From Bacilli bacterium (lineage in GTDB: Bacteria; Bacillota_I; Bacilli_A; RFN20; CAG-826), in NCBI GenBank assembly GCA_044372565.1, contig JBILRP010000002.1, forward strand, positions 17,396 through 81,395: DNA of 64,000 nt. The letters are read 5' to 3'. The notes beneath the pieces were generated by a model, which was not told where the DNA came from, did not search any database, and was given only the letters and a program-made list of their open reading frames with translations. The translations under genes and the position numbers were made by a program. Below, piece by piece: positions 9,066-17,050 of this stretch. The stretch's first letter is position 1. The number at the start of each line of letters is the position of its first letter.

Positions 9066-9219
9066 ATCTCAAATTAGACGATAATCAACCCTTAAAAAAC
9101 ACTTAAAAATTTACATTTTTTTAGTGATATAAAAACATCCCTTTTACCTTTGTTATAGTGAACTTGTTTTTGAGAAACCTGGACAATTCTCAAAGGCAAA
9201 AAATCATCAAAAGGAGAAA

Positions 9220-10299
9220 ATGATGAAGAAAATTGTCTTAGCAAAACAAATGTCGCTATTAGCTCTGCTGGTTCTTGCTGGTTGTGGTAGTGTTAACACC
9301 AACACCGATCCAGAAACGCTCGTTATTCAATTCGTCCCATCTGTTTCGATTGATTCTGCTTTGTTAACCAAAGTTAGAAATTTGGAAGGTTTGCTCGAAG
9401 AATCTTTAGCTGATAAAGGTTTCGAACACAATGTTAACATTTCCATCGGTACAAGTTATGCTTCCGTCATTGAAGCCATGGCTTCCGGCCAAGTCCACGC
9501 TGGATTCTTAACGGCTCAACAATACGCATTCACAACTTTAGAATTTCCAGGAAAAGTTGATGTGCTATTAACTTCAGTAAGAAATGCTTATCAAGCTCAA
9601 GTAAATGGAACCGAAGTCATCACCGACAATCAAACCATTTTAGACAACATGAATGCTGTCGGGTATACCGCTGCGACCACACCAACAGTTAAAGTGAGTT
9701 CTTATTACTCAGCTTTATATGTTCGTAATGCTCAAGCAGCAGAAGTGACTGCAGCTGGTGGTTGGGTAAACTGGATCAAAGGTAAAACCATTGCCACCCA
9801 AGGAACAACCTCAGGATCTGGATTCGTTTATCCATCTGTGTTGCTTGATGAAGCTGGTTTATCATTTGTAAACTCGTCAAATGCAACTCCAAATGCTGCC
9901 AACAATGAAGTTGGTTATAAGGTTGTCAGTGGTCATCAAAACTCTGTTTTAGCCTTATTAAACAATGAAGTTGATGGCGTCTTTACATTCATGGATGCTC
10001 GCAGCCATGCAACTGCATATAATGCTTGGAATGAAGCCAACACTGGAAAGACCGTTATTGGTGAAACCAAAGCAGTTGCCTTAACTCCAGCAATCTATAA
10101 CGACACCATTTCAACCGTCACCTCGTTAAGTGATGGTTTAAGAGAAGCCCTTGGTGAATCTTTCATTGATGTGGTTGCTACTGAAGCTGGTGCTGAAGCA
10201 TTAGCAATTTATAACCACACGGGTTATTTATTCGCCAATGATGAAGACTATGATGGTGAACGCGCAGTCTATCGTTTCCTTAACCCAATTGCTGCCTAG
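9220..10299 (+). CDS. phnD: phosphate/phosphite/phosphonate ABC transporter substrate-binding lipoprotein (PhnD family)
   Basis: Lipobox LLVLAGCGS. The PhnD-like motif GHQNSVLALLNNEVDG is present. Followed by phnC and phnE x2. ATG 9223 may be the real start, since RBS AAAAGGAG lies at 9209-9216. Confidence 0.8.
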   Translation: MMKKIVLAKQMSLLALLVLAGCGSVNTNTDPETLVIQFVPSVSIDSALLTKVRNLEGLLEESLADKGFEHNVNISIGTSYASVIEAMASGQVHAGFLTAQQYAFTTLEFPGKVDVLLTSVRNAYQAQVNGTEVITDNQTILDNMNAVGYTAATTPTVKVSSYYSALYVRNAQAAEVTAAGGWVNWIKGKTIATQGTTSGSGFVYPSVLLDEAGLSFVNSSNATPNAANNEVGYKVVSGHQNSVLALLNNEVDGVFTFMDARSHATAYNAWNEANTGKTVIGETKAVALTPAIYNDTISTVTSLSDGLREALGESFIDVVATEAGAEALAIYNHTGYLFANDEDYDGERAVYRFLNPIAA

Positions 10300-10328
10300 T
10301 TTTAAAATTTAAAAAAACAATATTCACC

Positions 10329-11102
10329 ATGATTCAATTTATCAATGTTAGCAAAGTTTATCCAGGAGGCGTCCAGGCACTGGATCATGTTAATTTGAAA
10401 ATTAATCGTGGTGAATTTGTTGCAATTATTGGTTTATCAGGGGCGGGAAAATCTACTTTATTGAGATCAATCAATAAAATGCAATCCATCACAAGCGGAG
10501 AGATTCTAATTGATGGAGTAGCCTTAACTGGATTAAAGGGGAAGGCATTAAGACAAGTTAGAAGTCGAATCGGAATGATTTTTCAATCCTTCAATTTAGT
10601 AAAACGTATGTCTGTATTTAACAATGTTTTAACTGGGAGAATTGCTTTCAATTCAACATTTAAAACCTTGTTCGGAATTTTTTCAAAAGCAGATCAAGTG
10701 ACTGCCTTAGAAGCTTTGCAAACGATGGGTATTTTAGAAAAAGCTTTTGTTCGTGCAGATAAATTATCTGGGGGACAACAGCAACGTGTGGCATTAGCTC
10801 GTGCATTAACCCAGCAACCTAAGTTAATCCTTGCGGATGAACCAGTAGCAAGTTTAGATCCGATTACCACAATTCAAGTGATGGACGATTTTCAAAGAAT
10901 TAATCGCGACTTTGGCATGACCATCGTTGCCAATATGCATCACGTTGATTTAGCGATGAAGTATGCCAGTCGAATCATTGGAATTAAAGCTGGAAAAATT
11001 GTTTATGATGGCCCTACTTCTGGGGTGAATGAATCCACCTTGTCACAAATTTATGGGCGATCTTTAAAACATGATGAAATCCTCGGCAACCGTTCCAAAT
11101 AA
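10329..11102 (+). CDS. phnC: phosphonate ABC transporter ATP-binding protein PhnC
   Basis: GLSGAGKSTLLR, LSGGQQQRVALARAL, ILADEPVASLDP. The family-typical N-terminus IQFINVSKVYPGG. Confidence 0.88.
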   Translation: MIQFINVSKVYPGGVQALDHVNLKINRGEFVAIIGLSGAGKSTLLRSINKMQSITSGEILIDGVALTGLKGKALRQVRSRIGMIFQSFNLVKRMSVFNNVLTGRIAFNSTFKTLFGIFSKADQVTALEALQTMGILEKAFVRADKLSGGQQQRVALARALTQQPKLILADEPVASLDPITTIQVMDDFQRINRDFGMTIVANMHHVDLAMKYASRIIGIKAGKIVYDGPTSGVNESTLSQIYGRSLKHDEILGNRSK

Positions 11103-11910
11103 ACAAGTTCTCATCCTTAAGGATGGAACCATTATTCGTAAACCTTTTCCGCTTGCCATTGTTTATATTGGTTTAACCATCTTCATTACATTCTTGTTTT
11201 CATTTTTTATCACGTTTAATCCCCAAACCATTAATCTTAGTGAACTTGGGTCTATTATTGTTAAATTATTCACCCCAAAACCAGGTCGAACCTGGGAGAT
11301 GTATTTCTCTTATATGCTAACTTTGGATAAACCATTATTAGATACAATCCAAATGAGTTTTGCTGGAACCCTTATCGGATCGTTTCTTGCTATTCCTTTC
11401 TCAATTTTTATGTCATCCAATATTGTTAAAACAAAATGGATATTTGGTCCAATTCGATTTATCACCAATTTATTTCGTACCATTCCTCAATTGCTCTTTG
11501 CTCTGATTGGTGTCTTTGTGGTTGGATTGGGATTACTGGCAGGGATTATCGCCATCACCCTATTTTCTTTTGGAATCATGGCGAAGATGCTTTATGAATT
11601 AATAGAAGTTGTTGATATGGCTCCTTATGAAGCGATTGAAGCAACCGGTGCAAATAAAACGAAAGCATTTTATTACGGTGTCATACCCCAAATCCTTCCA
11701 TTATTTATTAGCTATTTGATTTACATTTTTGAAATAAACATAAGGGCATCCGCCATTCTTGGTTATGTTGGTGCGGGTGGTATAGGTAGTATCATCAAAG
11801 ACAACGTTCTTTATAATTATGACCGCGTTGGTGCAACCATCATAGTCCTGCTCGTGTTTATCTTGTTAGTCCAATATGCCTCTACATCAATTCGTAGGAA
11901 ATTACAATGA
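11071..11910 (+). CDS. phnE: phosphonate ABC transporter permease PhnE
   Basis: Polytopic permease with the PhnE-type motifs EAIEATGANK and NIRASAILGYVGAGGIG. Confidence 0.85.
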   Translation: MMKSSATVPNKQVLILKDGTIIRKPFPLAIVYIGLTIFITFLFSFFITFNPQTINLSELGSIIVKLFTPKPGRTWEMYFSYMLTLDKPLLDTIQMSFAGTLIGSFLAIPFSIFMSSNIVKTKWIFGPIRFITNLFRTIPQLLFALIGVFVVGLGLLAGIIAITLFSFGIMAKMLYELIEVVDMAPYEAIEATGANKTKAFYYGVIPQILPLFISYLIYIFEINIRASAILGYVGAGGIGSIIKDNVLYNYDRVGATIIVLLVFILLVQYASTSIRRKLQ

Positions 11911-12725
11911 ACCAAGCAATTAAGAAAACTCTTTCCAAAAAACCAAAGAGTTACCTTTTTAATCTCTTATTGTTCATCGCTTTTGCCATGAATCTATGGC
12001 AATCCTTTCAAGGTGCAACCATCAATTTCCTTAGATTAGAATCATTAGGAATTAATTTACGCATTATGTTTGAGGGATTAATTGATATCCAATGGGATTT
12101 CTTTTTTGGTCGCGGTGTTTATCGTTTTGCAGAAGGTGTAGTTTATTTAATTCTTCAAACAGTTGCCATCGGTTTTATTGGCACATTAATAGGTACGATT
12201 CTTGCAGTTCCTTTTGGATTTCTTGCAAGCGAAAATCTTATGGGGAAAAAATTAGCTTCTTTTGGGGATTTTTTATTGACGTTTATTCGCGTCTTTCCAG
12301 AAATTATTCTTGCATTAATCATTGTTAAAGGTTTTGGAATCAATGCTTTAACTGGCGTACTCACCATTGGCCTACATTCCGTAGGAATGATTGGCAAACT
12401 ATTTTCTGAGTCAATCGACAACATGGATCGCGGACCAATTGAAGCCATTCAATCCTTTGGTGGAAGTAAAGTTGATCAAGCTCGATATGGGATTATTCCT
12501 CAAGTTCTCCCCGAATTTATCTCGATTGCCTTATATCGATTTGATATCAATGTAAGATCAGCAACGGTGCTAGGGATTATCGGCGCAGGCGGAATTGGAA
12601 CCTCATTAATTTTAGCGAGTGAAAACTGGAACTGGGATATTTTGGGAACGATCTTACTCGCCATTGTCATCATGGTTTTATCTATTGATTTTATTAGCAA
12701 CTTTTTACGGAAAAAATTAATATAG
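11907..12725 (+). CDS. phnE: phosphonate ABC transporter permease PhnE (second copy)
   Basis: A paralogue of the preceding gene (EAIQSFGGSK, NVRSATVLGIIGAGGIG). ATGA start/stop overlap. Confidence 0.85.
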   Translation: MNQAIKKTLSKKPKSYLFNLLLFIAFAMNLWQSFQGATINFLRLESLGINLRIMFEGLIDIQWDFFFGRGVYRFAEGVVYLILQTVAIGFIGTLIGTILAVPFGFLASENLMGKKLASFGDFLLTFIRVFPEIILALIIVKGFGINALTGVLTIGLHSVGMIGKLFSESIDNMDRGPIEAIQSFGGSKVDQARYGIIPQVLPEFISIALYRFDINVRSATVLGIIGAGGIGTSLILASENWNWDILGTILLAIVIMVLSIDFISNFLRKKLI

Positions 12726-12767
12726 TCATCCTACCATCCATGATTGAAATCGGTTAAGATATAAATA

Positions 12768-13781
12768 ATGGTAACCTTTGTTTTCTTCCTGCAAGAGTCA
12801 TTTATTTTATGGTTAAGTCTATCCATTATAGGAATACTTACTTTATTTACTTTCTTCATTCGTTTTATTCTTCATATGGCTTTTTCAAGAAGGTTTGATT
12901 TTCATCCAAAACTAAAATATTTTACGATTAAAGATTTTACTGATATGGATATGGATCCCATTGAATTTAAAAATCAACTTGGACACTTTCTTCGAGGTGG
13001 ATTTTATTACGATGACCAACGTCAACCTCATCGTAAATTGATTGTTTTTTCTCATGGAATGGGACCAGGTCACTTAGCATACACGCATCTTATTCATACC
13101 TTTGTAAAAAAAGGGTATGTGGTTTTTGCCTATGACAACTTGGGTTGTGGCTTATCTGAAGGAAAATCCATCCGCGGAATTCCTCAAGCCATTAGTGACT
13201 TGCGGGATGCTTTAACGTATGTAGAAAAAACAACATACGCGAAGTTACCTAAAACCTTATTAGGGCATTCTTGGGGCGCTTATGCAGTCCTGAGAACAGC
13301 ACGCATGAATTTCAAAATTGCTAAAATCATTAGCATCGCTCCATTTAATGATGTTGGAGAAATGTTAGGAAAATACATCCCTTGGATTAAACGTTTCAAA
13401 TGGTTTATTAATATCAATCATCAAACCATGTTTGGTAAGCTTTCTACGGTAACAAGTTCAGACATTATACAAAACACCCATACCAAAACTCTTGTGATTG
13501 CTGGTGAAAAGGATGATGACATCACTTTGAAGGGCAATTATGATTTATTTATTCAATCGAAGAACCCATTAAGCAAAGTTTATTTGGCGAAAAATCATCG
13601 TCATAACCCTTATTTGAGTTTTCGCGCGGAAACGTATGTCATTGATACGATTCTAAAAGGAACAGCTTCCTTATCCAAAGAAAAGGACAATCATGTGTTA
13701 GATTCTTTTTTTAATGGCATCGATTATCAATGGGTAGGTGAACATGATTCCCATATCATTGAGATGATTGAAAACTTCTAG
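12768..13781 (+). CDS. membrane-anchored alpha/beta-fold hydrolase
   Basis: N-terminal TM helix. The nucleophile elbow GHSWG sits in LLGHSWGAYA. The HGMGPGH oxyanion region and late D and H candidates are also present. Confidence 0.65.
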   Translation: MVTFVFFLQESFILWLSLSIIGILTLFTFFIRFILHMAFSRRFDFHPKLKYFTIKDFTDMDMDPIEFKNQLGHFLRGGFYYDDQRQPHRKLIVFSHGMGPGHLAYTHLIHTFVKKGYVVFAYDNLGCGLSEGKSIRGIPQAISDLRDALTYVEKTTYAKLPKTLLGHSWGAYAVLRTARMNFKIAKIISIAPFNDVGEMLGKYIPWIKRFKWFININHQTMFGKLSTVTSSDIIQNTHTKTLVIAGEKDDDITLKGNYDLFIQSKNPLSKVYLAKNHRHNPYLSFRAETYVIDTILKGTASLSKEKDNHVLDSFFNGIDYQWVGEHDSHIIEMIENF

Positions 13782-13787
13782 TCTTTA

Positions 13788-13815
13788 TTTACATTTTTTG
13801 AAATAACTATACAAT
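13788..13815 (+). promoter_or_regulatory. candidate promoter for the DUF2207-lemA unit (TTTACA-16 nt-TACAAT)
   Basis: TTTACA at 13788-13793 and TACAAT at 13810-13815, 18 nt upstream of ATG 13833 with RBS GAGGT. Confidence 0.4.
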
Positions 13816-13832
13816 AAAGTTGAGGTAAAAAT

Positions 13833-15863
13833 ATGGATGGTAAATCTTATTTTAAAAAGAAAAGAGGCAACGTTGTTTTTCTTTCTCTTTTAGCTTCTTT
13901 GTCTGGAGTCATTCTCCTTGCTCTTCAACAAAACGCTTATGACTTAGCTGATGCACAAACAAGTAGCATGGAAAAAGTTATCACCATCGCAGACAATGGT
14001 GACGTTCGTTTTCAAGAAAATTTAAATCGCTATTTTTCAACACGAGTTTTTTTCCAAGATATTTATTTCACTTCAGATCATGAAGATGTTCCGAAGAATA
14101 TTTCCACTCCTGCTTTTGATTCTTCACGATTTGCAACAAGAATATATGATACCAATGAAACTTTGATGATTTCGAGTAATGGTTTATATGCTACAGACAC
14201 TTATGAAGAATATGACTTATCTCTAGGATATTCATGGGATGTGAATAGTGTCGATGAATTCAATGAACCTATTGAGACGATTGATCCAGAATCTGTTGCC
14301 TGGTTTCATTATCATGAAGGAACTTGGGGAAACATTCGAATTGAAAATGATTATTGGATCAACGGTGTCGCTTTAAAATATGAAGATACGTCAGAGTTCT
14401 TTTGGGTTGTTGCCGCTACGGATGGTATGCTGACGGAAAACATTGATGTCAAAGTCGTCTTACCCGGTATCAATTTGAATGTTGATCTTGTTGATGCCTA
14501 TATCAATGGTTCATCCTTAGCGTCGATCCATCATATTGGGGTCAACGAATCCGGTCAAACCTATGTTCATATCAAAGCCGATCGACTTTATCCAAATGAA
14601 TATATCACCGTTAGAATCAATTTTCCTACCGACCGTTTAGTGATTAATGCTACTCAAGATAATCTTTATGGTAACGATGTCAGTGATTACGCAATCGCTA
14701 ATGGAAAAGCCCACTTAGAGAATGTAGCAACTTATGAAGCGGATAGAGTTGCCTTTAGGCAAACCTATCAAATGGTCGATATTCTTGGAATCGCCATCCT
14801 TGTCATCGTCTTAGCATTTTCTGCCTGGAAAATCCGTGATATTTATCTCAAGTATGATAAAGAACATCCTACTGATTTTTATGGAGAATATTACCGGGAA
14901 TTACCTGCTCAATATGGACCAGCAATCATGGGTTATTTATATCGATTTAAGGAAGTTGCAAAAGATGATGTTACTGCGACGTTAATGGATTTGATTCGAA
15001 GAAAATTCATTTTATTAGATGCAGGCACAGAATCATTAACAGAAGAAAAAGTAAATTATGTGATGAAGTTAAACAAAGAGCAGGATCAAAGCAAATTACT
15101 TGCTCACGAAAAGCAATTAATTCAGTGGTTTTTTGGGTTGGTTGCAGGTGGAGATACCTTAACCTTAAATCAATTAGACTCGTTTACAAAAAAAGAAAAC
15201 CAAGCGATTCGATATATGAATGAAAATCAATCATTCAATCGCGCAGTTGTGAGTGCAGCACAAAGTGAATCATTCTTTGATAATGTTAAAGAACCCGCCC
15301 AGAAAAACGGAGCCATCTTAGGTTTGACTGTTTTACTCGGCATTGGGTTTATTGTTACAAGATACGTCCTTGTGCTAGGCACATTCACGGGTATTGTCGG
15401 CGGGATTCTCTTCGGTCTATCGATCATGATAGGTTCATATCTGAATTCAATTGAAAGACGATCGAAAAAAGGTAATGAAGATTATGTAAGATGGAGAGCC
15501 TTTGAAAAATTCTTAAAAGAATTTACCAACATCAAAGATTATCCAATGCCAGGGATGACCATATGGGAACATTACATGGTGTATGCAACTGCTTTCGGTA
15601 TCGCCGATTTGGTTGAAAAACAAATTCGATTTAAATATCAACAACTCAATCAAACCAATGAGTTAAACAAATCATCAACTTTCCGCTATCCCGGATTTTA
15701 CCTAAATTCTAATCGGATGATGGCTCGGTCATTTGTTAGCGCTCAAAGGACCATCTCTCAAGCCCAAGCCCAACGAAACAATTCTTCGGGTCGCGGTGGC
15801 GGTGGATTTGGGGGCGGCGGCGGTAGCCGCGGCGGAGGTGGCAGCGGTGTAAGAACGCGTTAA
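13833..15863 (+). CDS. DUF2207-family membrane protein with a glycine-rich C-terminal tail
   Basis: Architecture: N-terminal signal/anchor, an extracytoplasmic domain of about 300 aa, a TM helix, a cytoplasmic region, two or more further TM helices, and the tail GRGGGGFGGGGGSRGGGGSG. Adjacent to lemA, as is common for this family. Confidence 0.65.
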   Translation: MDGKSYFKKKRGNVVFLSLLASLSGVILLALQQNAYDLADAQTSSMEKVITIADNGDVRFQENLNRYFSTRVFFQDIYFTSDHEDVPKNISTPAFDSSRFATRIYDTNETLMISSNGLYATDTYEEYDLSLGYSWDVNSVDEFNEPIETIDPESVAWFHYHEGTWGNIRIENDYWINGVALKYEDTSEFFWVVAATDGMLTENIDVKVVLPGINLNVDLVDAYINGSSLASIHHIGVNESGQTYVHIKADRLYPNEYITVRINFPTDRLVINATQDNLYGNDVSDYAIANGKAHLENVATYEADRVAFRQTYQMVDILGIAILVIVLAFSAWKIRDIYLKYDKEHPTDFYGEYYRELPAQYGPAIMGYLYRFKEVAKDDVTATLMDLIRRKFILLDAGTESLTEEKVNYVMKLNKEQDQSKLLAHEKQLIQWFFGLVAGGDTLTLNQLDSFTKKENQAIRYMNENQSFNRAVVSAAQSESFFDNVKEPAQKNGAILGLTVLLGIGFIVTRYVLVLGTFTGIVGGILFGLSIMIGSYLNSIERRSKKGNEDYVRWRAFEKFLKEFTNIKDYPMPGMTIWEHYMVYATAFGIADLVEKQIRFKYQQLNQTNELNKSSTFRYPGFYLNSNRMMARSFVSAQRTISQAQAQRNNSSGRGGGGFGGGGGSRGGGGSGVRTR

Positions 15864-15926
15864 ATCATTGATCAATATTGTTAACTAAAAATAAAAGATG
15901 CTACAATAAATTTCAAGGAGAAAAAC

Positions 15927-16499
15927 ATGGAAATTTTAATTGGCTTAGGAATAGTACTCGCAATTGTTTTGATCGTATCAGCATGGGTCATTGGTGTGTA
16001 TAACACCTTGGTTCAATCAAGAAACAAGGTTAAGAATTCTTGGTCACAAATTGACGTTCAGTTAAAGCGTCGTTTTGATCTGATCCCTAACATTGTTGAA
16101 ACCGTCAAAGGCTATGCAAAACAAGAAAAAGAAATTTTTATGAACTTTGCGGATGCTCGTAAAATGTATGACAAGGGTTCTAAGAGTGAAAACGTCGGAG
16201 AAATGGCTCAAGCAAACTCGATGCTTGGTCAAACCTTAGGCCGTTTAGCGGTTGTTGTTGAACAATACCCAGTGCTTAAAGCAGACCAAGGTTTCTTAAA
16301 ACTACAAGATACCTTAAAAGACACGGAAGATAAGATTTCCTTCACCCGTCAATTTTATAACGATGTCGTGTTATCGTATAACAATCGTCGTGAAGTGTTT
16401 CCTTCAAACATCGTTGCCAAAACTTTCAAATTTAAAGAAGCAGAACTCTTTAAGTTAGATGATGTTGCTGAACGTAAAAGCGTCAAAGTAGCATTCTAA
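15927..16499 (+). CDS. lemA: LemA family protein
   Basis: An N-terminal TM helix followed by YNTLVQSRNKVKNSWSQIDVQLKRRFDLIPNIVETVKGYA, which is the LemA signature region. Confidence 0.88.
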   Translation: MEILIGLGIVLAIVLIVSAWVIGVYNTLVQSRNKVKNSWSQIDVQLKRRFDLIPNIVETVKGYAKQEKEIFMNFADARKMYDKGSKSENVGEMAQANSMLGQTLGRLAVVVEQYPVLKADQGFLKLQDTLKDTEDKISFTRQFYNDVVLSYNNRREVFPSNIVAKTFKFKEAELFKLDDVAERKSVKVAF

Positions 16500-16518
16500 A
16501 CGTTTTGCCTACATACAC

Positions 16519-16550
16519 AAGCCCTTCCCACGTGGGAAGGGCTTTTTCTT
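16519..16550 (+). terminator. Rho-independent terminator after lemA
   Basis: Perfect palindrome AAGCCCTTCCCAC/GTGGGAAGGGCTT followed by TTTTT. Confidence 0.8.
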
Positions 16551-16567
16551 TGTGATAAAATAAGGCA

Positions 16568-17050
16568 ATGAAACACGTCTTGTTTAAAAAAGAAACAACC
16601 CTTGGATTTAAACTTGAATCCTTTTTTTGGCGACTATGGGACCAATCATTCTTTCGCTTTATCGTCGTTGGTGGGCTTAACACGGCCTTAGGTTACATCT
16701 TAACTTTGCTGCTTCGTGTCGGATTTTTTTCTGAAGATCCAAAATGGGTTTTACTCCCCAATATTCTAGAATTTGATGTCAGTAACACCATCATGTTTAT
16801 GATTCTATTTCCTGTGTCGTATACCTTACAGGCAGTCCTAGCTTTTCGCCAACCATGGCGCTTTCGCCGACTGGTGATCTATCCTTTATCAAGTATTCCA
16901 AATTATTTGCTTCAACAAGGATTTATTCTCTTGTTTGAAACAGGGTTAAGCATCCCATACATCCTCGCCTATGGGTTAGCGGCGATTATACCGATTCCTT
17001 TGATGTATCTTGTGGTTAAGTTTTTGATTGGTAACGTTAAAAAGAACTAG
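16568..17050 (+). CDS. GtrA family membrane protein
   Basis: 160 aa and four TM helices. The N-terminal FFRFIVVGGLNTALGYILTLLL is typical of GtrA-like proteins. Confidence 0.7.
   Translation: MKHVLFKKETTLGFKLESFFWRLWDQSFFRFIVVGGLNTALGYILTLLLRVGFFSEDPKWVLLPNILEFDVSNTIMFMILFPVSYTLQAVLAFRQPWRFRRLVIYPLSSIPNYLLQQGFILLFETGLSIPYILAYGLAAIIPIPLMYLVVKFLIGNVKKN

Noticed and set aside
12092-12700. Several 66-97-aa ORFs on both strands inside the second phnE gene
   Set aside because: They are nested in a well-supported permease gene, and their translations are low-complexity.
15780-15850. GC-rich repetitive tract (GGTGGCGGTGG...GGCGGCGGCGG)
   Set aside because: It is not a CRISPR, a satellite or a G-quadruplex element of independent origin. 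It is in frame and encodes the poly-Gly tail typical of DUF2207 proteins.
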